Assembly: GCA_024704765.1 (NCBI GenBank)
Contig: JAKMXF010000340.1
Coordinates: 1 to 64,000, forward strand
Source: Oopsacas minuta
Lineage: Eukaryota; Animalia; Porifera
Direction: 5' to 3'
Length of the DNA: 64,000 nucleotides
The notes under the pieces are model-generated. The model did no database searches, was not told the DNA's origin, and worked only from the letters and a program-made list of their open reading frames with translations. A program made the position numbers and the translations under genes. Of the stretch, positions 38,414-49,182 are shown in pieces. Every line of letters begins with the position of its first letter. Within the stretch, counting starts at the first letter, position 1.

Positions 38414-39018
38414 CCATGAACTAGCACTTTCATGAAGAGAACTGGAAAATTTCATATCGTTGGAGCCTTCCCTCATTTAGAACAATTGTTCGTCAAACAA
38501 GGCCTATTCATTATCCATTATCGTCAGAAATTATTGGATAAACTCGGTTTAATCAAGTACAATGAAGCAAAAAATACTGCAAACGGTCAAAAGTGAGAGT
38601 ACATATCTGCTGAATTCAAATGCATAGCATAGTTCGATCCAATTTTAGGCTACAAAGCTAAAATAGGCAAGTAGATGATAGCTTAGATTATAGCAAAAAT
38701 GTATTAAGTAACTATGAATACAATTAATGGTTAATCTATCAATAACACAAATTTTGAAAATGCGAGTAAATATTGGTAAACTCACAATTACTCGCACAAT
38801 TTTACACAACTTTATCAATTGCACGGTTTTGTAATTATGGTAGATGTTGACTTGTTATGCCAGTTGTGTGTTATAAATAATTAACCATTATTTGATGATA
38901 AATAGACAGTGTCGAGTTTCAAAGTTGAGCAGCATTGCCCTGCAAAAAGACACAATCAACTTTATTTGAGTATACGATAACTTGCAAATAAAGACGAAAT
39001 ATAAAATTCTCGCATAAA

Positions 39019-39140
39019 TAATCTGTGCGAACAGCATAGCATTTAGGGCACTATGAAGTGTTTGATATCGAATAGTGCCCCCAATTAATAGTAGCCCTTA
39101 AATATATTCAATTAAAATGCTATCCTGTCCGCACAGATTA
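39019..39140. mobile_element. MITE family C, 122 bp with 26-bp TIR
   Basis: TAATCTGTGCGAACAGCATAGCATTT versus the reverse complement of the right end, TAATCTGTGCGGACAGGATAGCATTT (2 mismatches). Related ends at 15858-15966, 20095-20108, 24542-24557, 42098-42112 and 47710-47725. Confidence 0.75.
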
Positions 39141-39310
39141 TAATTTTAGAAATACATTGGGTTCTACGTCTAGCAGAGGCTTTTGTATTAATCATTGTTA
39201 TTAATTAATATTCATAATTATAATTATCTAATCCTGCTTATACTAATTACATTGTGTCAATGCTAAACAAATGAAGCATCGTAATTATGTAAATATCCTT
39301 TCTAATTAAG

Positions 39311-41798
39311 GAACAGACTGGGACTGACGATATTACAAAAACAGAACAAAACACGGATACAACAAATGAGATAGCAGAAGATTATGACTTCATTGAAATA
39401 AACAAAGTTATAGAACTTGATGCCAATGACAACTCAGATCAGGAACCTTCTGATACAGTAAATCATGCTGATGCAGACATGGATGCATTTGTAAGTACCA
39501 ACGCTTTGTTATCATTATTACTGCAGCCAATTAGACATGTTATTGCTGTGTTTGGATGGCTGCTTGATAGTTATAAGAGCATATAATTAGCAATTACCGG
39601 TATAAATATTCGTGCATATACGATACTGTTATATCTGGAAAATCCCCATTCAAGCAATTATTAGTGCCTCTGTGATGGGAATCGAGGCGAAAAGGAAGTG
39701 TTTTGCAAGTATCTTTGTGTGTAGAAGGCATATATGTTCTATGCTGAGTAATTTTCACAAATTTCGAATGACTAATTTTGAGCGAATAATTAATATTGAA
39801 ATTATAGGCGCAACTATGGCCATTTTAGGTGGGCATTTGCCAGAAAGATTTGACTCGCCCATTATACAAAAGTATAGAGCAGGTTGGCATGACGTCATGT
39901 TTTCCCGCTCTATCTTTAGAGTCTAGTCGCACCTATGATTGAAATTGAAACATTCTTAAATTACAATCTCTACCGCATCATAATTATAATATTCCATAAT
40001 TTAGGTCCAACACGTGAGACTGGACACACAAATCTTAAAGTCCAAGGCCGCGGTTGCAAATCAGCGTCGTAGAAAGCCTCCAACAAGACAATCAGCTCAG
40101 AACAGATTGACACTTCCGCCACAAGCAAATGAATTCTCTGATATAGCAGAGTTCCTAGATGGAAACTTTGAGAAATCACGAAAAGAAATTATGATGAATG
40201 AAGGCGAGGGGTGTCAAATGCGTGAAAAGAAAGGAATTGATTATGATTGTCCGAGAAGGAACAATAGCACGAAAAGATACACAATGCCACCAATACAACC
40301 CAGAAATTTCGGTTTAACAAACAGCTATCTTGTCCAATCGAGACAGAAATTAGCTCAAAATAAGGAAAATGAAGATACAGAAATTCTACGCAAAAGTCGT
40401 TTAGGAAACCAGGATGAATCTAAAACACGAACTTCAGAACCTGTTTCACCACCGAAACCAGCATTAAGGAATCTAACAAACCGTGCTAATCTTAAGCCAA
40501 ACGAACCTTCACCTGAAATGCGAAATCCAACACCAGAATTCCTGCAACATGCTCAGCGAGTCAGGAAAAGTTGGGTTGATCAGAGCGGCCTGCGAATCGA
40601 GAGATTAATGACTGAACCTCGACTTAAATATGATCATGCAAATAAGAGGCACAGTATTGCAGTTACAAAAGGAGCTGCCGAACTACAAATTAGGCCAAAA
40701 GTCATGCCAAAGCCTAGATCACCCAAAAAGACTGATTCAGGATTAATATATACAGAAAATGTGAAGCCGATAATACCAACAGCTCCAAAAATTAAAGAGG
40801 CACAGGTTGGAGAAGCAGAAAAGTCAAAAGTAAGGTTATCTTTCAAAGTTGAGTGCCAGCCAGTGAAAACGGAAATTGAAAACGAATCACCAAAAGAAGC
40901 AAAAGATATTGAAATTCGGGTGAAAGTAAATAGCGAACAAAACTCTCCGTTGTCACCAAAGCCGAGAATAAAACCAACTACACCTACAAAACCTAGTGTA
41001 ACTCTCCAAAAGCCGAAGGTCCTTCCTTCAAAGCCAGCAGTACTAAGTCCAGAACGTAAACCAATCCCGAGTAGCAGAACAACAATCCCACCCATGACTT
41101 CCAGTCAGAAAAGTGAAGAAAACGAGCAAGTTGTAGAAGAAACAGACTCACCTGAGCGTAAGGTTGATAATGAAGCTGAAAGTATTACAACTGAACCTTC
41201 GAAACAAGCTAATCCTAGGCCACCAATTGCTCTGAAACCTAAATCACTTCAGAGAGGCAAATCTAATACAGAAATGTCAAAGATTTCAATCACAACCAAG
41301 TATGGAAATAACAAACCGTTAGAGAACCAAATAAATGATGAAGAGAAGGCTAAAAGTAACAGAAAAAGCATGATTATAAACCTCAAAAGTGAAAAGTCGA
41401 TTGAAGACGATGATAGCGAATTTAGAGATAAAACCAGCAACAAAATAGGCACTGCGACTGACAACAAGACATACAAAAATGAATCCAAAAGCACCGAAAA
41501 TAGCAAACAGTCAATTAGCCCACAACAGAAGAATTATAACAGTCCAATAACTCCCAATAATAGCACACCAACAGCAGAACGCAGCCCTATCCAAAAAGAG
41601 AAACCAATATTTGCATTTCTAAAAGCAAAAGAAACAACGAATCAACAAAGCTGTTATAAAGGTTCAGATTTGAATGGAAGTTTTATTTCATCAGGTTTGG
41701 GGACATCTGCAAAAGTGTTCATAAATTCCAAAGATTCTATGCAAGAATTCGCGAATTCGAAATCAATTATCCCTCAGCAAAAGATTATAACTTACTAA
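39311..41798 (+). CDS. Large Pro/Lys/Ser/Thr-rich, probably disordered protein; at least 2 exons, 5' end not found
   Basis: Acidic exon 39311-39490 (EQTGTDD...DMDAF|GT) splices in frame to a 594-codon exon starting VQHVRLDTQILKSKAAVANQRRRKPPTR. Many PxxP/PPKP motifs. Confidence 0.65.
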
Positions 41799-42434
41799 AA
41801 TGAATTTTTCTCTTTACCTTGTATCTCAACTCTAATTTGAAACTGTCTGTGATATTTCTTTAGTGTAGTTGTATAGTTGTCGTGTAATTACATAAAAGAT
41901 ATTTGATTTTTCACATACGTAATAGTAGCAAGAAGCTTGAAAATTGTATGTATTAATTACAGTGGACTCCGCCTAATAGGGTCACATCGGGACCAAGCCA
42001 TTTTTGCCCCGATTAAGCAGAGCATTCAACACTATTCGTATGGTTCTGTATCTGGCCAAGAGACCCGATTAACGCTGAAATATTAAATAACTAAGTATTA
42101 TGCTGTCGGCAGAGTTTAAAGTAATTCATGTCACAAGCAATTGGTTGAATAAGAAGCCATTTCAATGATTAACAATTTTAATTAGATCTTTTGTGAATTG
42201 TCTATAAAAAGAAATTATATAAAATTACTTATCAACATTAATGATATAAACACAAATTCCACAATAATATGGTAAGACAGCATTATTTGAATCACAATGG
42301 ATAATATGCTAAATAAGGTTTTAATTGAAATACCAACCATAGAAGATTAGATTACTCAGAGTATAAAATTACTTTCAAGGTAGGTAGACAGTAAATTAAT
42401 AGTTGCTACAGTTTGATTGATATTTTTGGTTGTT

Positions 42435-43913
42435 ATGCAATGTATAAAAGAGTGTCTAAACCACCCAAAATTGGCATTATTCTACGGGTTCTTTGATGTG
42501 TTGAACTTGACGCTCACAGTTTCCTTTCTTATAATCCCATATTGGTTTTATAATGCTGGTATATTGTTTGGAATTGCTTCACTCGCCCTCTCCCTTGCAT
42601 TGGGAGGCATATCATCATTTTGGGTTTTGGAAATCCTTGGGAGAGCAAGTTTCCTTCACCGCAGCCTAGAATATTCCTGTATAAATAAAGATGAAGACAA
42701 GATCATCCCAACAATTGATCCTGATAGGAAATTTGAATTCAACGGATTATCTAAGATAATTATTGGTAAAATAGGAAGTACTTTGGTTTCATTAGTTGTG
42801 ATTGTAACCGGCATTTTGATGATATTCAATGGCATAATACCAGGTTCCCAGTCATTATCCGTCAACATTCCCATAAACGCAACGATATTTACAGCTTGTA
42901 ATAGCTCTGAGTTCGATGTTGGATTCTTGCCCGTTGATTCAAATTGTGTGAATTGGTATCGCCTAATGGTTGGAATCTTTGGGTTACTGGGTACAATATT
43001 ATCGTGTTTGGGAAGTAAAGAACAGATCTACGTAATCGTTTTCTTGTCTGTCCTACGTCTTGTCGTTATGTCATACATGATGGGCTTCTCAATTTATATT
43101 ATATCCATTTCCCCAGGGAATACGACAATTGAAACAGGATTTATTACACATTATGATATGAGTAATGGAATGCTTGCAACTGCAGCATTTTTCTCCCTTT
43201 TATACTTACCGACATTAGTACCAGCGGTCACACATTCTATCCCAAACAAATCCAGATTACGTCTATTGATAATCGTCTCTTTAGTATCTTTGACGGTTTT
43301 CCTATCCCTCTATGGTGTTATCTTATCTTTCGCATTTGGTCATAACATCCATCCAAATAGCATTCTAAACCTCCAACCATATACAATGGATGAGCGTCTT
43401 TGGTTTTTGAGGATTATTTCGCATATTATCCTGGTGTATCCATGTCTAGATGGTATATCGAGCTTCATGTATGGCGTAATTCTAGCATCGAATCAAACTT
43501 TCACGATATTAACGGGGAAAGATTATTCTGAGTTATCAAAGAAACGAAAAATCCAACTGCTAAATTTAACCATCTATCTGTGTTTTTCAATCTTTCCAAC
43601 ATTTGCTTGTCTTTTCATTTCGAATGTTTCAATTATTCTAGACGTATCTGGTCTCGTTATCTTTATCAGTAACATAATTATTCCATCTCTATTGCAGATA
43701 TTTTCTAATTTTAAGTGTAGAAGAAAGATGATACTAGTTTCAAAAAAATCAGGTTCACAACTCAAAGTTATTTTGAGTTTCCTATTCAAGGCGGCCTTTC
43801 CTACCTCTGATTCTGGATTTTATTCCAGCACTTTCGTGGTCCTTTGTATAACGACAATCGCTTCTGTAATATTTGCTATTTCATTTGGTTATCTTATTGC
43901 CTCATTTTTCTAG
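42435..43913 (+). CDS. TMEM104: TMEM104/SLC38A12-like amino-acid transporter (Aa_trans fold), intronless, paralog 1
   Basis: About 11 TMs. LIIPYWFYNAG, RKFEFNGLSKIIIGKIG, WYRLMVGIFGLL and LPTLVPAVTHSIPNKSRL align by eye with TMEM104 motifs. ATG at 42435. Confidence 0.7.
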   Translation: MQCIKECLNHPKLALFYGFFDVLNLTLTVSFLIIPYWFYNAGILFGIASLALSLALGGISSFWVLEILGRASFLHRSLEYSCINKDEDKIIPTIDPDRKFEFNGLSKIIIGKIGSTLVSLVVIVTGILMIFNGIIPGSQSLSVNIPINATIFTACNSSEFDVGFLPVDSNCVNWYRLMVGIFGLLGTILSCLGSKEQIYVIVFLSVLRLVVMSYMMGFSIYIISISPGNTTIETGFITHYDMSNGMLATAAFFSLLYLPTLVPAVTHSIPNKSRLRLLIIVSLVSLTVFLSLYGVILSFAFGHNIHPNSILNLQPYTMDERLWFLRIISHIILVYPCLDGISSFMYGVILASNQTFTILTGKDYSELSKKRKIQLLNLTIYLCFSIFPTFACLFISNVSIILDVSGLVIFISNIIIPSLLQIFSNFKCRRKMILVSKKSGSQLKVILSFLFKAAFPTSDSGFYSSTFVVLCITTIASVIFAISFGYLIASFF

Positions 43914-44508
43914 GATAATGCCAAAGAAGAGCTGAATAGTCCTCGTCTTACTGTCTTTTAACTATTCGAGCAACTTAAAAAGTATTTTTGAGATTGCATT
44001 GAAGCAAAGATTTGCATTTTGCTTAAGAATTATCTATTTCACAATACGTACTGTATATTTATTCGTGTTCTACTTATTAAATCTAGTACTAAGCTGTCCT
44101 TAGAAAGATTGTCATAAGTTGTATATATCAGCGATAACCTCGTATCCATGACCCTTTGGTGATCCACGAACGACAGCAAGGGATCCACAGAACTCAAAAT
44201 TTGTATTACAGTCTATGGGACGCTTATAATAAGTTGCAACCGCTATCGTATACTACATTAATGCAATCTTGATATTTCTAGTACTATTTATGTGCTGTTT
44301 GATTTTTGAAGAGTTTGGCAAGTTGAAAAGCTGGAAGAGGCAATCTAAATTATATCTTGAGTACCACCTAGTTTCTAAATAGCAAACTTATTTGCACTCT
44401 GAAAAGTAGAGAGTCCATTTCTTTGTACCTGAGATAAGGGTATCATATGTAATAGAAAAAATGAATTCTCATTTTAAAAGCTGAATGAACAAAATTTGAA
44501 TTAGAATA

Positions 44509-45984
44509 TCATGAGAACAGAGTAATGGTAAGATAATAGAAGGAGATAGTAAATAAAATAGCTGAAATAGCTGTAGTGATAGCTATGAAAAGGCAGCCTG
44601 AATAGAAACCAGAAAATGAAGTGGGAAAAGCCGATTTGAATAGAAATCTGGATACCCTCGTTAACAAGGACGTATTTTCGCTTGCTACTAACTTTCTACA
44701 CTTTTGACTAGAAACTATATTCAGTAAGGAAGGGAATAATACATTACAAATGAAAAATATACTTCCAGCAAGCGAAATAATAATCGCAAGATTAGACACG
44801 AACAAAGCCAGAATAGTTGTAGAAAGTGAATAGAAAATATATATACTGAAATTCAGCACTCTGTAACCCATTTTATTGGAGAATTCTGTATAATCTTTCC
44901 CAGTCAAAATTGTGAAAGTTTGATTTGAAGCTAGTATAACTCCAAACATGAAGGAGCAAATACCATCAAAACACGGGTATAGGATAACCAAATGCGATAT
45001 AACTTTCACAGTTATACTATAATTCCCTACAGTATAAGGTTGTAGATTTAGCAAACTGTTTTGGTGAATATCTTTGCCAAAAGCCGTTACCAATACAACA
45101 GAGAAGATAATACATTGCAGTAGGACAATAACACATGATGTCACTAGCACAGGCACAATGATAGACTTTTTCGCAACAAGATGGCTTAAAGCAGGCAGAA
45201 ATATAGGTAAACTCACAAAATTGAAGAAAGTTGCAAAAGCTAGCATACCCTGATGAAATTCAAATTTCGTTATTAAGTTCTCTTGGGCCTTGTCCTTACA
45301 CATCACTATGACATAAATCGCGAAACATACCACATAACACATCACCGTAAACCTCGCTAACGCGAATATGATATTCATATACTTTTGTTCTTTCGCTCTT
45401 AAACACGCAGAAATTGTTCCAACAACTCCAAACAAACTCACCATCAATCGATACCAATTCAGGCATCTGCCGCTAGGTATAATTCCTGTATCAAATTCTG
45501 AGCTATTGCATGTCCTAAACACGCTTGTATTGACTGGTATATTCACTGATAATGATTGAGAACTAGGCACGATTCCGCAGAATATGAACACAAAGCCAAC
45601 AAAAATCAAAAGTACTGTGAAAATCCCTTTTGCAAACTTTCCCATTATAATACTTGATAGTTCACTGAATTCAAATTTGCGTTCTTGGTAAAGACAAAAT
45701 AACGGCTCGTTTTCTCCATTCAATTGTGCAGCTTCTATGTAGAGCATTCTACCACGAGATAATACTTCTAGAGCCCACATGCTGGAGAAAATGCACAATA
45801 TAAGACAAAATGATAACGATATAATGCCCAACACTAACCCAGCCTTGTAAAACCAATATGGTATAATAATATACGTCACAGCCATTTCAACATTCCAAAT
45901 ACAGAAAAACCAAAAGAGAATATCGAGTTTTGAGCTCTGAAACATAGATTTTAGAAACTTTACCTCCATCATAGAATAGTACAT
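44509..45984 (-). CDS. TMEM104: TMEM104/SLC38A12-like transporter, intronless, paralog 2 (convergent with paralog 1)
   Basis: Collinear with paralog 1, sharing SQSLSVNIP, CNSSEFD, NWYRLMV, LLNLQPYT and ASNQTFTILTGKDY. Confidence 0.7.
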   Translation of the reverse strand: MYYSMMEVKFLKSMFQSSKLDILFWFFCIWNVEMAVTYIIIPYWFYKAGLVLGIISLSFCLILCIFSSMWALEVLSRGRMLYIEAAQLNGENEPLFCLYQERKFEFSELSSIIMGKFAKGIFTVLLIFVGFVFIFCGIVPSSQSLSVNIPVNTSVFRTCNSSEFDTGIIPSGRCLNWYRLMVSLFGVVGTISACLRAKEQKYMNIIFALARFTVMCYVVCFAIYVIVMCKDKAQENLITKFEFHQGMLAFATFFNFVSLPIFLPALSHLVAKKSIIVPVLVTSCVIVLLQCIIFSVVLVTAFGKDIHQNSLLNLQPYTVGNYSITVKVISHLVILYPCFDGICSFMFGVILASNQTFTILTGKDYTEFSNKMGYRVLNFSIYIFYSLSTTILALFVSNLAIIISLAGSIFFICNVLFPSLLNIVSSQKCRKLVASENTSLLTRVSRFLFKSAFPTSFSGFYSGCLFIAITTAISAILFTISFYYLTITLFS

Positions 45985-46279
45985 ATTTCTTATAATTAAT
46001 GAATTTATATCTCATTGTTTGACCCCAGAAAAAGCCTATTCAAAAATATTTAAGTATTATTTGTGTCATATGGGAAAACTGTAAATTTTACATAAATTCT
46101 TCATTCAACTATTGTGAAATATGGAATTTATGTAAAATTTAACAGGCTTGTGATTAGCTATTCAAGTCAGTGATGCCTAATTCATGTCAAATACAAAAAT
46201 ACTTGTAGTTAATATTAACCCATATTATATCTGCTATCAACTCTATTAACATCAATATGTTGGGAATTACAAGTCATTT

Positions 46280-47668
46280 ATGGTTTTTACAATGCAATAT
46301 TTATGGCCAGAAACGAACAATGAAGAGAGTGAAGAAACAAATGCTGAGCAGGAAAAGATAATTGTCTTCCTAACCATTCCCTATTACCTTGAGAAACTTA
46401 TAAGTTTTGGTTTCATTGTCTGTCTTGATTGCTTCATTTTCTACTTTACCCTCTTTCCAATAAGATTCGTCCTATCTACACTTTATATTTGTACTAAATA
46501 TATATTTGGCATCCAAAAAAAATCTTCCTATTATATCCATCTTTTTGATACCATGAGAGGGCTTGTACTCATAATCAGCTGTTTGATGTTGTATTATATT
46601 GACACCTCTGTCGTTTACCACAATCTTAGAGGGCAGTCCATTATCAAGTCTTACGTCATATTCAATATGCTAGAGGTAATTGAAAAACTAATGACGTCAT
46701 TAGGTCAGGATATATATAAGGCCGTCTTCCGATTTTGTGTTCGATTCGGCAAAAATGAGTTTGAAAATCAAAATTTTCTGCTTTTCTCTATATTCTATGT
46801 GTTACTTTTCGCGAGTTTCAGTATATTCCATGGATTCCTTATCCTATGTCAGGCTGTTACACTAAATATCGCGATGAATTCGCACAACATGGCTCTGCTT
46901 ACCATAATGATCTCAAATCAATTTGTTGAGCTCAAAGGTAACGTTTTCAGGAAATTCGAAGAAGCGAATCTCTTCCAACTCGCGTGTAGTGACATTCGCG
47001 AAAGATTACACGTATTCATCTTCCTGATAATTATCATAGTACGAAATCTGGACCAATTCGCGTGGAATTTGGATTATTTCCTCGACATTCTACCTGGAGT
47101 TTTACTTATATTTTTCTCCGAATGGTTTCTAGATTGGATCAAGCATGCTTTCATTGTGAAATTCAACTCAATTCAGTCTAATTTCTACCAAAAATGTAGT
47201 TTAATCCTCACAGCAGACCTCGGTGCATCTCCCACAATAATCACAGACCATTCATTATCACTGTGTAAACGTATGGGCCTTCTATGCATTCCATTACAAT
47301 GTGTTGTTTGTAAAATTATCCTAGAAAGTGGGACGATTCTCCAGCAATCAAAATCTGTAATTTTCCTCTCAATTGCTAGTGCATTTGTGCTGAAATTTAT
47401 CTTAGGCTATGCCGTGGTGCGTGCCTGTAGATATAAACCACTGCCAAGGCCCAGGTTAAGAAGAAACTCCAATTTATCTCAACTCAGTTCAGATTCAATT
47501 ACAAGTGAAGAAGAGAGGAGCTCCTACCTTATTCAAGATTTTCCAGAAGATGTGCAACATTCTTTGAGAAACAGACACCCCGGAGCGACAGTTAAGAGCA
47601 ATAAATCGAAGAAAAGGGCTTTGGAAGAAGTTGGAAGATTCACACTATGTAGTAATGCTATCGTGTAA
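46280..47668 (+). CDS. TAPT1: TAPT1 (DUF747) membrane protein, intronless
   Basis: LEKLISFGFIVCLDCF, YHNLRGQSIIKSYVIFNMLEV, SNQFVELKGNVF, LFQLACSDIRER and DWIKHAFIVKFN. Confidence 0.93.
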   Translation: MVFTMQYLWPETNNEESEETNAEQEKIIVFLTIPYYLEKLISFGFIVCLDCFIFYFTLFPIRFVLSTLYICTKYIFGIQKKSSYYIHLFDTMRGLVLIISCLMLYYIDTSVVYHNLRGQSIIKSYVIFNMLEVIEKLMTSLGQDIYKAVFRFCVRFGKNEFENQNFLLFSIFYVLLFASFSIFHGFLILCQAVTLNIAMNSHNMALLTIMISNQFVELKGNVFRKFEEANLFQLACSDIRERLHVFIFLIIIIVRNLDQFAWNLDYFLDILPGVLLIFFSEWFLDWIKHAFIVKFNSIQSNFYQKCSLILTADLGASPTIITDHSLSLCKRMGLLCIPLQCVVCKIILESGTILQQSKSVIFLSIASAFVLKFILGYAVVRACRYKPLPRPRLRRNSNLSQLSSDSITSEEERSSYLIQDFPEDVQHSLRNRHPGATVKSNKSKKRALEEVGRFTLCSNAIV

Positions 47669-47951
47669 CTTACCCTCAATGTGTTGATAAAGCACCAAAA
47701 TTACAATTTGTGCCGACAGCATAGTATATAAATGAATTTCATTACTATTAATTTGAGGCATTATATGTACTTGGATAAGATCCAACATTCCATAGTGCCT
47801 CCAATTAATACGGTAGTGACACTTAAGGTAGGCGATTTTGGATATAGATCAGACTTTTGGAACTGACCTCCGAATACAACTTGTACATATAGGGAATTCG
47901 AAAATTTGCCAAAATGCCTACCACTTAACCACCCTAACATATTATTGTTAT

Positions 47952-48710
47952 TTAATATAACTTTCCAAACATGTACATAATCATTAGTAGCACCAACAAA
48001 TACCAAGCATTATACTTGTACACACTAGCATTAGAGCTGTAAGGCGTATCACTAGGCCGATCTGTTGCTGTAGCGCTGGCACACAAGCCTTGATTGCAAT
48101 AAGGAGCACTCTCAGGGCAATGAGAACAACCATCACCTGAGATATAAGGCAAATCTCCGTCCATTGCTGAATAATACAAGCACAATATTAGAACCCCATA
48201 GTACTCATTGGATTCGTAATTTCTAATTGTACAGTAGTTGTATGCACAGCCAATTTGGCTGGAGTTAGCCCATGCTACTTGAACATAGTTCTCACAAACT
48301 CTAGGAGTATAACCGCACTCATTATCATACATATTATAATACTGTCCTGAATCAAACCATTCTTCAACAGAAGTAAGGAAAGTGGTTATACTTGGCTCAG
48401 TAATATCTTTGATTAACCTTGAGGCATAACCGTATGTAAGACCGTTGTAATCCAGACTCAAAGATGAACTTTTACAATCCTTTACTTTGTAATCAGCTAG
48501 TAGTTGTAGTGAAGTGCTCCAGCTGATCTCTTTCATATTACTAGCTTGTGGTTGTACTTCTCTTCGTAGTTGGTTATGTGCACGTACTAGTATAGTCTTG
48601 ATAAGGTGGTCATCGATGGAATATGATTCTGCAGGAGCCAGTTTGAAAATTACGAATATGGAGAATATTAGAAACTTCATAACCACCCAGAATGGAATCA
48701 TATACCACAA
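47952..48710 (-). CDS. CAP/SCP superfamily protein (PI16/GLIPR1-like) with signal peptide and C-terminal hydrophobic (GPI/TM) tail
   Basis: HNQLRREVQPQASNMKEISWS, YVQVAWANSSQIGCA, and the hinge PYISGDGCSHCP...CNQGLC. Confidence 0.9.
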   Translation of the reverse strand: MWYMIPFWVVMKFLIFSIFVIFKLAPAESYSIDDHLIKTILVRAHNQLRREVQPQASNMKEISWSTSLQLLADYKVKDCKSSSLSLDYNGLTYGYASRLIKDITEPSITTFLTSVEEWFDSGQYYNMYDNECGYTPRVCENYVQVAWANSSQIGCAYNYCTIRNYESNEYYGVLILCLYYSAMDGDLPYISGDGCSHCPESAPYCNQGLCASATATDRPSDTPYSSNASVYKYNAWYLLVLLMIMYMFGKLY

Positions 48711-49182
48711 ACATGATGTTCATATGCAATTTATACACAACCAGTTACTTATGAAAAGATGGTTTCCATGAAATTATATTGAGTATGGCTCCTTTGACAT
48801 GAAAACAATTTTCGTCCAGTATAATGGAGCTATTACCCTTGTTTGGCTTAGATATTATGAATTTGTATTAACTCAGGCGAAACTAGAAATTAATGGATTC
48901 CGCACCTGTTTAATTAAAATTGAATGGCTCTTTAACAATACTATTATTCTCACTCAATTTATCGGATGGCATTGACCATAACATTGTTAAGTCAGATAAT
49001 AAATTAATAATCAGAATATTCTGAGAAGCAATTAAAACCTACTCCATATTTTCTCTCACTAACTATTCATAGAGAGATTCTATTACAGAACGAGCACTGT
49101 ACCATAACGAGACAATAATTATGCACATCTCAAAAAGAAGTAAATTGCTTGAAATAAGAAATTTGGACTATAATTTGTAAAA

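Noticed and set aside
39612-39926. 104-aa plus-strand ORF
   Set aside because: Lies inside the intron between the 39311 and 40005 exons, starts at GTG and has no motif.
40634-41506. Hydrophobic-looking minus-strand ORFs (153 aa and 85 aa)
   Set aside because: Antisense of the K/P/E-rich plus-strand exon; the apparent TMs are a codon-mirror artefact.
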